From: a bacterium
Lineage (GTDB): Bacteria > Babelota > Babeliae > Babelales > UBA12409
Length of the DNA stretch: 64,000 nt
Reading direction: 5' to 3'
Assembly: GCA_018660415.1 (NCBI GenBank)
Contig: JABJKG010000013.1
Location: forward strand, 1,874-65,873
The number at the start of each line of letters is the position of its first letter. Positions within the stretch are counted from its first letter, which is position 1. Below are positions 45,645 to 55,260 of this stretch, piece by piece. A model generated the notes under the pieces. It was not told where the DNA came from and ran no database searches. It worked only from the letters and a program-made list of their open reading frames with translations. The position numbers and the translations under genes are program-made.

Positions 45645-47306
45645 ATGGGGGTCAAAATGAAGTTAAAGTTATTAGGTATACTGTTTCTAGGATGTTTAGT
45701 TTTAAATACTAGTCCGTCAGATAGTGAAGATGAATTTCATGATGCACTTCCGCCAGCCCGAAAACTACAAGTAGCAGGGGGTGGACTGGGAGCTTTCTCA
45801 CGTATAGACCTATTGGCCCTACAAGAACGACAGCGGGAAAGGTTAGAGCTGGCCAGAGCTCAACAAGAAGCTCGTGCAGCTAGAGCAGCAACTGAAGAGG
45901 CTAGGCTTGCCCACGCTACCTATGAGGGACGAGTGGAAGATTTGGTTGCCGAACAAGTAGACGCACAAAGAAGAACCGAACTGGAAGCTGCTGAACGAGA
46001 AAGACTAGCAGCAACGGTTGCAGCTAGAGAGCAAGCCCGTGAACAGGAGGCAAGAGCAAAGGCTGAAGAAATAGCTCTTCAGGCCCAGGGTGAACTTGCA
46101 CGCATAAGGCGAGGCGTTTCTCCTGAACAACAACTATTCAGACATATTATCAACCCTGATATTCACGCCCTCCCGCTTGTTACTATTACCAAAGAAGCCA
46201 TACTGCTCAATGAATTTAAAATTCCAGAAAAAGAAACAATGTCTCTTTATGTAAAACACATCAATGGAGACACCCTCGTCCAGGACCAAGGTAAAATTAT
46301 GCTTATTAGTGTACATGGAACCTATGCTCACGCGCGGTCGTTTGGTCTTGATAACAACAGGTTAAACTCCCAACAAATTATCAATTTTGCAAAAGTATTA
46401 TCTATCGCCCACAACAAGCCAGTCGACTTGTTAATATTCGAGTGGTCTGGAAAGCTATTACAAGAAGATCGAATAAAGGCTGGAGATGTCCTTGCTGGAT
46501 GGATACAACCAAAATTAGCTCATGAAAATTACTCTGAAATTTGGACCGTCGCTCATAGCCATGGGTGTAATGTTGTTAACAACATGGCAAATACATTAAA
46601 AACTTTAGTGCCAGCACGTCCTATAAATGTTGGAGTACAAATAGCATCTCCTAAGCTAGATCAACCTTTGTTCGATCCTGATGCTCCCAGAACAGTTTCT
46701 GATCTAACAAAAACATATAACTTTAAAAAACTTTACCATTTTTACTCCACAGGAGACAATATACAGGCTGCAGGATCAATGGAACAAAACCGCTACTTTG
46801 GGCTATTCTCACCTACATATTCTGCTGATAGAAAAATCCAAGCACCGCTTTTATACCACGAAAACCGCATCCTTTATAATATAAGAATCCAGGATGGAGA
46901 TATAGAGCCAGATCATATCCTTATAAAAATACCGGTCATGGCCAACCTGCCAAAGCTCTTATCTATTATCGACTATCAATACCCTGAGTATTTTGATCTT
47001 GATGCTGCATTATTTTACAATCCTTTAATCGCGAAATACCCCGAACAACTCAGATGGTTTGTTACTTCTATAGGTAAATACACACAAGCCAATGATGATC
47101 AACCGCTCGTTGCTATCAGAAATCGAGAGTCTTTTCATCAAGGGAGTTTGCTGCCTGATAAGATAATCACCAGTCTTAATTTTAGTGATGAGCAAAAAGA
47201 ACGGTTTAAAAAAGTATACCAACGCGACATTTCTAAAAAAAGAGCTCATAGGCTTGCTCCATTCTTTACCAATGAATTCTATTCTAGCAAGCTAGTTAAC
47301 CTATAA
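45645..47306 (+). CDS. Secreted protein with an Ala/Glu/Arg coiled-coil region and a lipase-like alpha/beta-hydrolase domain
   Basis: Signal peptide is present. About 110 aa of AERQ-rich heptad-like sequence, encoded by a visibly GC-rich stretch (~45790-46130). ISVHGTYAH and a nucleophile-elbow-like VAHSHGCNV (~46548-46571). Confidence 0.6.
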   Translation: MGVKMKLKLLGILFLGCLVLNTSPSDSEDEFHDALPPARKLQVAGGGLGAFSRIDLLALQERQRERLELARAQQEARAARAATEEARLAHATYEGRVEDLVAEQVDAQRRTELEAAERERLAATVAAREQAREQEARAKAEEIALQAQGELARIRRGVSPEQQLFRHIINPDIHALPLVTITKEAILLNEFKIPEKETMSLYVKHINGDTLVQDQGKIMLISVHGTYAHARSFGLDNNRLNSQQIINFAKVLSIAHNKPVDLLIFEWSGKLLQEDRIKAGDVLAGWIQPKLAHENYSEIWTVAHSHGCNVVNNMANTLKTLVPARPINVGVQIASPKLDQPLFDPDAPRTVSDLTKTYNFKKLYHFYSTGDNIQAAGSMEQNRYFGLFSPTYSADRKIQAPLLYHENRILYNIRIQDGDIEPDHILIKIPVMANLPKLLSIIDYQYPEYFDLDAALFYNPLIAKYPEQLRWFVTSIGKYTQANDDQPLVAIRNRESFHQGSLLPDKIITSLNFSDEQKERFKKVYQRDISKKRAHRLAPFFTNEFYSSKLVNL

Positions 47307-47402
47307 ATCACGACAAAATATTGTATTTTGAGGGGTTGATATTAGAGAAGGTTTAATCTACAGTAGTAGTTGAAAATTAAACCCTTCTCTAAGAAAGAAA
47401 CT

Positions 47403-48302
47403 ATGTTTAAAAAAGTAAGCCTACTTCTCATTCTTTTCATCCTTGGAAACATTTCTATGGGTACCAAGCCTTCACAAATGTCTATTCCTACAAGCTATAC
47501 ACTAGAAATACCCCTTGACGCTAAGATTATTATCAATGGCGCCTTAGGGTTTGCAGCTACCTACCTATGTGTACTTGGCGGTAAAAGGCTATACACCAAG
47601 TTTTACACTCCAAAGCCACAACCAAAGGCTCAGATAGGCATAATCGAAATAAACGACCTGAGTAACGCTCCTCACCACTTGTCGCTCATAGAAAAAGTTC
47701 GCTTCGATCAAAACATTAAAGGGGTTATTCTTAAAGTCAATTCTGGCGGTGGCCCAGCAGGTACTTCAGAAACCATCTTTAGAGAGTTGAAAATTCTTCA
47801 GCAACATAAGCCTATTATTGTGTATGTAGAAAATGTCTGCTGCTCAGGGGCATACCTAATCGCTTGTACTGGAAAAATAATCACGCCGCAAATGGCCGAG
47901 GTTGGCAGTATAGGTGTATTGTGCGCTATAGAAAAAATAAAAGACCCTAAAACAAATAAGCGAGAAAACCTTACCATAGACTTTATCTTTGCTGGTGCTG
48001 ATAAGGTATTTAAAAATCCATACTCTGCTGAAGCATCACCAGAACAACGTAAAAAAGTCCAAGACCAAGTTGATCTCGACTATGACTTTTTCTGCTCGGC
48101 TGTGGCACAAGAGCGCAACCTTTCTTTAACAACAAAAGAAAAGTGGGCTAATGCACAAACCTTTGTAGGCCCGGATGCTCTAGAGCTCGGCCTTATTGAT
48201 AAAATTGGTGGGTTTAGTGATGCTAAGGATTATGCTCGTGATCTTGTTAAAGAAAAACTGGAAGACAAAAACACTCAAATTAATTTCATTGAGATTAAAT
48301 AG
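47403..48302 (+). CDS. sppA: Signal peptide peptidase SppA (S49, 36K type)
   Basis: VNSGGGPAGTSE and CCSGAYLIA motifs. ATG at 47403 gives an N-terminal membrane anchor. Confidence 0.8.
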   Translation: MFKKVSLLLILFILGNISMGTKPSQMSIPTSYTLEIPLDAKIIINGALGFAATYLCVLGGKRLYTKFYTPKPQPKAQIGIIEINDLSNAPHHLSLIEKVRFDQNIKGVILKVNSGGGPAGTSETIFRELKILQQHKPIIVYVENVCCSGAYLIACTGKIITPQMAEVGSIGVLCAIEKIKDPKTNKRENLTIDFIFAGADKVFKNPYSAEASPEQRKKVQDQVDLDYDFFCSAVAQERNLSLTTKEKWANAQTFVGPDALELGLIDKIGGFSDAKDYARDLVKEKLEDKNTQINFIEIK

Positions 48303-48815
48303 TTAGTTCGATTCCACTTCGTATATAAACAAGTCAGTGGGCCGCCTAAAGGCGAAAGGTTTATGAGGATCGTCAGGTATCATCATCATATTACCTTTGG
48401 TCATAAAAACCCAAATCATATGAGGAAACTCCTTTATCCTCTCAATACGCTGAATCTTATTATCAAGCCATATTGTTTTGGGGATACGGGTGTGCGTTCC
48501 AAGCGGTTTTGCATCTTCCGAATTCCATTCTATTTCGGGATTATCTTTCACCCGAAAAGAATTGCCACTTGGTGATGCTGTCCATACTCTTCCATAAGGA
48601 AGGCTAGATTGAGGAACACTCGATGGATCCGAAAAAAGATTCCTTTTTGCGAAAAGAATTTTATAAGAATGCAGAGTTGGAACACTCCAAGGACCTTCTC
48701 TTCTATCATAAGGTTGTTGTTGTAAAACACGACCTACACACTCTTCTTCAAAAGTAATCGCCATAGGTTGAATGTTTATAGCTAAGAAAAAAATAACAAC
48801 TAGATGTGACTTCAT
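48303..48815 (-). CDS. Hypothetical secreted protein
   Basis: Signal peptide is present. No recognisable domain. Abuts the sppA stop with zero gap. Confidence 0.5.
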   Translation of the reverse strand: MKSHLVVIFFLAINIQPMAITFEEECVGRVLQQQPYDRREGPWSVPTLHSYKILFAKRNLFSDPSSVPQSSLPYGRVWTASPSGNSFRVKDNPEIEWNSEDAKPLGTHTRIPKTIWLDNKIQRIERIKEFPHMIWVFMTKGNMMMIPDDPHKPFAFRRPTDLFIYEVESN

Positions 48816-48827
48816 AAAAGGTTTTTC

Positions 48828-49640
48828 TTACTTGCTCAAAAATATTTGTTCGCCCTTAACCTCAACCAGCTGGTCGGTCACTAGTTGCGATAAGGCCTTA
48901 CTTGTTTGCTGGTTATCTCTGTTGACGATACTTAATAATGTATCAAAAGACAAGGCTTGATTATCCAATAGCGCTTGTAAAATCAAACCCCTCACTTGAC
49001 GATTAGAACCTTCGAACTTTGATTGAACAGTATAGTGCGCACTTTTTTTGTTAGGATTATAGTTCTGCTTAATAAAGACCCCATAATCCATCAAAGCGTA
49101 ATACCACTTGCGAGGCTCCTTGGTATCTACAGTCTTTTCTACCAAAGCCATGATCTCTTTATCGGTCACCTCAGCACGATCTTTAAAAAAATGGTGTATA
49201 AAAACCGCACGAATGTTGGTCTCAATAAATGAATGTGGTGTATTATAAGCAAAAGTAGGAACCGCACAGCTCGTATAAGCACCAATTCCCGGCATCGTTT
49301 TTAACACGATCGGATCTTTGGGTAATACCCCACTATGTTCCTGCATTACAATCTTGGCACACGACTGTAAGCCTAGCGCTCGTCGATTATAACCAAGCCC
49401 CTTCCATAACAGTAAAACTTCTGAAAAAGGCGCCCGCGCCAGACTTTCAAAGGTTGGAAAGACTTTCATGAAGGCCATATATTTCGGTTCAACACGATAG
49501 GTTTGTGTTTGTTGTAGCATGACCTCTGAAACCAATATAGAATATGGATCAGTTGTTTGCCGCCATGGAAAGTCTCGTCCATTTTCCTTAAAATAAGTCT
49601 TTACAGTTGAACGAAATTGCTTTATCGAAGGTGGTTGCAT
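48828..49640 (-). CDS. HhH-GPD DNA glycosylase, MutY-like catalytic domain without an Fe-S cluster loop or NUDIX-like domain
   Basis: FPWRQTTDPYSILVSEVMLQQTQ aligns with the MutY N-terminus, and the HhH region is LKTMPGIGAYTS. Only 2 Cys in total. ETN replaces the MutY DGN motif. 270 aa. Confidence 0.75.
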   Translation of the reverse strand: MQPPSIKQFRSTVKTYFKENGRDFPWRQTTDPYSILVSEVMLQQTQTYRVEPKYMAFMKVFPTFESLARAPFSEVLLLWKGLGYNRRALGLQSCAKIVMQEHSGVLPKDPIVLKTMPGIGAYTSCAVPTFAYNTPHSFIETNIRAVFIHHFFKDRAEVTDKEIMALVEKTVDTKEPRKWYYALMDYGVFIKQNYNPNKKSAHYTVQSKFEGSNRQVRGLILQALLDNQALSFDTLLSIVNRDNQQTSKALSQLVTDQLVEVKGEQIFLSK

Positions 49641-49657
49641 TCTTATTTGCTCAAGGT

Positions 49658-52291
49658 TTAAACTCTTCCAACACGCACTTTTACCATCTGATTAGTATTG
49701 AGTATCTTGATCGCAGCCTCTCGCACTTCATCAGCGCTAATAGACATCAATTGTTCAGCGCGATAATCAAAATAATTCTTAGGTAAATTATACTGTTTTA
49801 AAAATAAAAACGCTTGCGCTATCTGCCGACTCGTTGCAAAATTGTCTACCAATGAGTTTGCTAAAGCATTACGGGCTTGTTCAAACTCATCTGCTTCAAT
49901 GTAAAGTGGCGCCTTGTTGATCGTCTCAGCGATAACATTTTCAGCCTCTTGCAAACGATCCAGAGATACAATGGTTTTAACAAATGAAATACCAGGCTGC
50001 TCATCGGCACGCGCAATCAAAGACCCTGTAATAGTATAAAACAATCCCGATTGTTCCCGTAAATTAAATAATCGTGAACTCATTGATCCCAAAACCCCTC
50101 CTGAAAAAATTTGTTCAAACAAGAGTAGTTTATCAAAATCGGGATGCAACCTTGAAACAGATAGACCGGCATAAGCAAGAACAACCTGATCACGATTAAT
50201 AGGAAAATTAATCTCTTCCTTATCAACATTACTTAATACAGGAAACTCTATATCAGGAACCTTAGGACCTTCCCAGTCTCCCAAAAAGCGCTCCAATTCT
50301 TGAAGTACGCCTACCTTAGATATGTCACCGACAACTACAAGGCGTGCGCCATGAGGAGTTACCATTTGGCGATAAAAATCAACCAACTGGGCACGATCTA
50401 TATTCTGAATAGACTCAAGAGTCCCGAGTAAGTTCTTGTGATATGGGTGTTGCTTATAGATTGCCTGATTAACTAAAGCTCCAATGAACTGTGATGGTGA
50501 ATCCCAATAGTTTTTAATGTCCGAAACAATACGACCTCGAACCTGTTCAATAGACTTATCCTCAAAAGAAGAGTTCTTGAGTATGTCTGCAAAGATTTTT
50601 ATACCTCGAGAAAAATCTTCACTTAAAACACTAAGCGTTGCATAACCTGGAGAAGTGCTAACGCTCATTCCACGAGACTCAATCTCGTACGCCAGCTGTT
50701 CAGCAGTGTACTCTGTGGTTCCCTGAAGGAGCATCTCACTCACAAAATTACCCAGTCCTTGCTTATCTTCAGGATCATAATAGTGCTTAGCTTTCATCTC
50801 TAAAAATACCTCAACCTTGGGAATGTGTGGGTTGTCATATACAAGAACCTCGAGTCCGTTACTTAAAGTAAAGTCTCGATATTGAGGATAGTGAAACTGA
50901 CTTGGCTCTCGCGGCTCAACCGAGTAAGCCATACTAGGACCCTCAACCTCAGTCTCCCGCACTTTGCCCGATAGAACCTTAGTATCAAGCTCATCAGAAA
51001 TTTCTTGTAACTTGTCCCAATTATCATACTGATCTTCTTCTATTGGAAGTATAACACCCGTATTAAGTAGTATTGGATTGAAATGTTCCTTAAGTAATTC
51101 TTCAACTTTTTGTTTAACGAGAGTAGGGTCTTTTTCAACATAATCAAATACATAGTTCTCATCACCAGTAGCAACAAACATACGCCCTAAAGCATAGGCA
51201 ATTTTTTGATTGCTTTCTAAGGTGGAAAGATAGGCTGACTCTGACTTTTTGATTGCCCGGGTCAACATTTCATCTGAAACCCCATCCTTGGCAAGCTTGG
51301 CAACCTCTTCTTTAATTATTCCAAAAATCTTATCAATATCTTCAGCTTTTTTAGGTTGAAACTCTATAAAAAACAACCCTTGATCAAAAAGATCATAAGC
51401 AAATGCTTCAATATCAGTTACCAACTCCAATTCTTCGACCAGCTTTTTGTACAAGACCGATCCACGCCCTGACCCTATCAACCAACTTAACACATCAAAG
51501 ATGAAATCTTTTTTCTCAAGAGCACCAGGAACTATGAACGCCCCAATGCCAAAAGGTTGTGCCACATCGCGATATAACGTTATAGCCTTAGAAACTAAAT
51601 CACGGTTAAAATAAAACTCTTCCCGTTTGTATCCAGGAACTGCCGCGATAGATCCAAATTCTTCCTCTGCGGCCTTAAAAACTTTTTCTGGATCTATGTC
51701 ACCAACCACAATCAAGGTTGCATTGTTGGGTATGTAGTGCTTCTTATAGAAGTCTAATAGTCCTTGTCGTGTAATGCTCCACAAGTCTTGTTTATATCCA
51801 ATGATAGGATTGTGATACGGATGATCCACAAAAATTGTACCAATCATCTCTTCCACCAACGAAGAAGGATAATTATCTTTATACATTTTTAATTCTTGAA
51901 TAACCGCCTTGAGTTCAGAGTTGAGAAGATCTTCTTTGAAGGTACAGTTCATCATACAATCTGCAAAAAGCTTAAAAGCTTCCTGCCAGTGCTGACTCGG
52001 CATATCAAACAAGTACCCCGTATAGTCATACGACGTAAAGGCATTAGTAGAGCCAGACAATTTCGAAGTAATGATATTAATATCAGATTCAGAGAGCTTT
52101 TCGGTACCTTTAAAAATCATATGCTCTAATAAGTGAGCTAGGCCACGCTCCCCTGTTTGCTCATCTTTAGAACCAACATGGTACCATAGCTGAGTAGAAA
52201 CCTTGGGTATTTGATGGGATGGATAAACGAGCACAGTAAGCCCATTAGAGAGGGTCTTTTTAAAGACTTTCTTGTTCTTAATATCATTCAT
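49658..52291 (-). CDS. M16-family zinc peptidase (duplicated pitrilysin-type module)
   Basis: Inverted zinc motif HLLEHMIF and a downstream E. 877 aa, with two M16 active/inactive domain pairs. Confidence 0.85.
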   Translation of the reverse strand: MNDIKNKKVFKKTLSNGLTVLVYPSHQIPKVSTQLWYHVGSKDEQTGERGLAHLLEHMIFKGTEKLSESDINIITSKLSGSTNAFTSYDYTGYLFDMPSQHWQEAFKLFADCMMNCTFKEDLLNSELKAVIQELKMYKDNYPSSLVEEMIGTIFVDHPYHNPIIGYKQDLWSITRQGLLDFYKKHYIPNNATLIVVGDIDPEKVFKAAEEEFGSIAAVPGYKREEFYFNRDLVSKAITLYRDVAQPFGIGAFIVPGALEKKDFIFDVLSWLIGSGRGSVLYKKLVEELELVTDIEAFAYDLFDQGLFFIEFQPKKAEDIDKIFGIIKEEVAKLAKDGVSDEMLTRAIKKSESAYLSTLESNQKIAYALGRMFVATGDENYVFDYVEKDPTLVKQKVEELLKEHFNPILLNTGVILPIEEDQYDNWDKLQEISDELDTKVLSGKVRETEVEGPSMAYSVEPREPSQFHYPQYRDFTLSNGLEVLVYDNPHIPKVEVFLEMKAKHYYDPEDKQGLGNFVSEMLLQGTTEYTAEQLAYEIESRGMSVSTSPGYATLSVLSEDFSRGIKIFADILKNSSFEDKSIEQVRGRIVSDIKNYWDSPSQFIGALVNQAIYKQHPYHKNLLGTLESIQNIDRAQLVDFYRQMVTPHGARLVVVGDISKVGVLQELERFLGDWEGPKVPDIEFPVLSNVDKEEINFPINRDQVVLAYAGLSVSRLHPDFDKLLLFEQIFSGGVLGSMSSRLFNLREQSGLFYTITGSLIARADEQPGISFVKTIVSLDRLQEAENVIAETINKAPLYIEADEFEQARNALANSLVDNFATSRQIAQAFLFLKQYNLPKNYFDYRAEQLMSISADEVREAAIKILNTNQMVKVRVGRV

Positions 52292-52438
52292 GTTTTTTTC
52301 TCATCAATTCGCTATTATAGATTTTTTATTTTTTACTATTATAAAAAAATAACAACAATATATCAAAGATATGTAGTATATATGGGAATAACCATATATG
52401 GTGGGGAATATTGAACACGGATAAAAGAAAGATATCAT

Positions 52439-53605
52439 ATGAGCTTGTTACAACCACTTATGTCTCGCTTTCCTACCATTCAATACCTCAACATATCTCT
52501 TATTGCTGGCATTCTTTTTGCTTATCAATTTAACTTTCCTATTTCATTCTCTATGCTTTGCTTTGGTGTTTGCTGCTTTTGCTTCACCAGTCTTAAAACC
52601 ACTACAAACAAGATCCAATTTGGTGTTTTGTTTTCCTTTTTATTAGGGATCACCACTTTTCAAGTACATGAACTATCTTTTACTCAAACAGCTCAACAAT
52701 TATCGGGGTTTCAGGCCAAGGTTTGTGGAACTGTTAAAAATATTGAAACTATACACAATAATAAATTTACCTACAAGTCAACAATACAAACTCACCGCGA
52801 TTCTAAAAAAACCGAATACAGCATATGGATTTTTACCAAAAAACAACCCGAATTCAAGATAAGCGACCTTATTGAACTGGAAAAAATATATTTTCAAAGT
52901 CCTCTGAAAAAAAATATCGAACAATGGATGAAAAAAGAAAAAATTATAGGCAGTGCTTTTGTAAAAAATTTAACCTTTACAACAATAAAACAGGGAAAGA
53001 GTTCCAATCTATTTGCACCAATAACCACCTATATTAACCACAAAAGAAACCAAACATTTCAAAATATATACAATAAAGTACCTACTCACGTTGGTGACCT
53101 TATTGGTCTCATTTTTTTTGGCTATAAACAGAATATCGAACCCAATAAGTTAATGGCCCTACGAACTCTTTATCTTAAATGGGGACTTTCTCATTACCTG
53201 GCTCGCTCTGGTCTACATATTGTTATATTGTTTGGACTTCTCAATTTCCTGCTCTCCTTTCTCTATATCCCCTATCGTTCTAAAAAGATAATCCTCCTCC
53301 TTTTTTGTTTAATCTATACAGTTCTTAGTTGGACCAGTATCTCTTATCTTCGAGCGCTCATACTGATTGTCCTTTGCATGATCGCCCAGTTAAACAAACT
53401 TCAACTTTCCTTGTTACACCTTATAAACCTTGCTTGTTTTGCTATCCTGCTGTGGAACCCCCAACAACTTTTTAGCCTCGACTTTCAGCTCAGCTTTGCG
53501 CTCACCTACAGTTTGATTCTTATGAACCTTCTTATACAAATTCCTCCAACCCCGCTACCACAAGCCCTACAAAAATCGAGACCTGTTTCCTCGAGTCATA
53601 CTTAA
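52439..53605 (+). CDS. ComEC/Rec2-like membrane protein, truncated (no metallo-beta-lactamase domain)
   Basis: N-terminal helices plus an OB-like segment. Competence-domain motif WGLSHYLARSGLHIVILFG. The ORF ends about 125 aa after this motif in a non-membrane Pro-rich tail. Confidence 0.65.
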   Translation: MSLLQPLMSRFPTIQYLNISLIAGILFAYQFNFPISFSMLCFGVCCFCFTSLKTTTNKIQFGVLFSFLLGITTFQVHELSFTQTAQQLSGFQAKVCGTVKNIETIHNNKFTYKSTIQTHRDSKKTEYSIWIFTKKQPEFKISDLIELEKIYFQSPLKKNIEQWMKKEKIIGSAFVKNLTFTTIKQGKSSNLFAPITTYINHKRNQTFQNIYNKVPTHVGDLIGLIFFGYKQNIEPNKLMALRTLYLKWGLSHYLARSGLHIVILFGLLNFLLSFLYIPYRSKKIILLLFCLIYTVLSWTSISYLRALILIVLCMIAQLNKLQLSLLHLINLACFAILLWNPQQLFSLDFQLSFALTYSLILMNLLIQIPPTPLPQALQKSRPVSSSHT

Positions 53606-53730
53606 ACAATTTATTTGTTTTTATTTATACTCAAAGCCAATCCATCAAACATCTCTGTAAATAATTGATATATAACCTAAAAATAAGGTATATCTAAAAG
53701 AATTAAGTTAACAAATAACAGGGGATTATT

Positions 53731-55143
53731 ATGAAACAAATGAGATCATGTAAGTTTGTAGGAAGCATGCTTTTATTTTTCTGCATAGTTTTTAGCGGCC
53801 AACAAATTAACGCTATGTCCCCGCTTGACGATGATGGGTACACCGAGTTTAGCGTAGACGATAGTAGCCACCCCATCCAAACACGATCCAAGCGCCAAGA
53901 AAAACCATGGACAATTATGATCTATATCGCAGGCGCAAATGATCTTGAGCCGTTTGTATGGCCCAACATAAGACAATTGGCCCGTATTGGCAGTAATGAT
54001 TTTTGTAACATTATCGTTCAACTGAATGAAAAGAATAAAAATAAACCAACACAGCGTTACTTGATTGTAAAAAACAAAGCTATACTTCTCAATCCTGAAG
54101 AAGCTCAAGCGGGTATCAAGCTAGATAGTGGCAATGAAAAAACCCTTATTGATTTTTGTAGCTTCTGTATTGATGAATACCCAAGTAAGCAAACCTCCCT
54201 TATCTTGTGGAACCATGGGGCCGGGTTTATCGATCCAGGCATTTCAAAAACGACCAACGTTTTAGAAGAATTTTTCTCATTCAACCCAGATAGTCTCATG
54301 CTTGAAATAAATAGAAGTATTGAATTTCTTGAAACAATTATCTTAAAAGACAAGCGAGGGATTTGCTTTGATGAAATATATAAATCTTATCTGACCAATG
54401 CTAAAATTGTTAAAGCATTAAATACGGTAACCAAAAAAATTGGAAAACCTATTGATCTTTTAGGTCTCGATGCGTGTCTTATGGCAATGCATGAATTTGG
54501 TGTTCTGGTCAAACCTTATTGCCGTATGATGGTCGCCTCACAAGAAGTCGAGCTAGGGTGGGGGTGGAATTACGCAACAGCATTGGCTCGTTTTGAACAT
54601 GGAACCCTATCACCAAAAGAATTAGCCGGAGAGATTGTTAAATCATATGGAAACGCCTATAAAGACATAACTCCTGATTATACACTATCTGCATGTAACC
54701 TAGAGAAAATTAATAAGCTGGACGATAATATCTCAGAGGTTGCAGGCTTACTAGTAGAATGCTTAAGACACCAAAAGCATGACTCTGTTCACACCACAGT
54801 TCAATATTGTCGCTCTCGTAAACAATGCACTCACTTTGAGGAACCTTCTTATATCGACCTTGGACACTTCTTTAAAAACCTCATAACCCATATAGACAGA
54901 ATTGATCTAGAATCAGATAAGTCATTCTTGAAAAAAGAATTAGTAAGTAAGCTCAAAAAGAGTTTGGTAACTATCGAACAAGTGGTCTTTGCAAAAGCCA
55001 ACGGAAAGAACCTATCTTCAGCAACAGGACTTTCTATTTATTTCCCACATCAAACAAAGTTTATTCACTCTTCTTACCAATCCTCAACATTTGCACGAGA
55101 CAACCAATGGATCAATTTCTTAAAAACATTTATGAAAAAATAG
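53731..55143 (+). CDS. Secreted clostripain-like cysteine peptidase (family C11)
   Basis: Signal peptide is present. The His region is LILWNHGAGF and the Cys region is LGLDACLMAM, the C11 catalytic dyad contexts. Confidence 0.8.
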   Translation: MKQMRSCKFVGSMLLFFCIVFSGQQINAMSPLDDDGYTEFSVDDSSHPIQTRSKRQEKPWTIMIYIAGANDLEPFVWPNIRQLARIGSNDFCNIIVQLNEKNKNKPTQRYLIVKNKAILLNPEEAQAGIKLDSGNEKTLIDFCSFCIDEYPSKQTSLILWNHGAGFIDPGISKTTNVLEEFFSFNPDSLMLEINRSIEFLETIILKDKRGICFDEIYKSYLTNAKIVKALNTVTKKIGKPIDLLGLDACLMAMHEFGVLVKPYCRMMVASQEVELGWGWNYATALARFEHGTLSPKELAGEIVKSYGNAYKDITPDYTLSACNLEKINKLDDNISEVAGLLVECLRHQKHDSVHTTVQYCRSRKQCTHFEEPSYIDLGHFFKNLITHIDRIDLESDKSFLKKELVSKLKKSLVTIEQVVFAKANGKNLSSATGLSIYFPHQTKFIHSSYQSSTFARDNQWINFLKTFMKK

Positions 55144-55156
55144 AATCTAAGATTCC

Positions 55157-55197
55157 AATTAAGTAAGCCATCTTACATTAAGATGGCTTACTTAATT
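55157..55197. repeat. Perfect 19-bp inverted repeat with a 3-nt loop
   Basis: aattaagtaagccatctta (55157-55175), loop cat, taagatggcttacttaatt (55179-55197). No T-run follows it. Confidence 0.8.
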
Positions 55198-55260
55198 TAA
55201 TCCAAAAAAAAGCACAAAATATAGGTTGCTTCAAACCCAAAAAGAGCCTACAATAAAAAT

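Noticed and set aside
45790-46130. GC-rich segment as a horizontally inserted element
   Set aside because: It is in frame within one ORF, has no flanking repeats, and its composition follows from Ala/Arg/Glu codon demand. It is treated as a protein low-complexity region.
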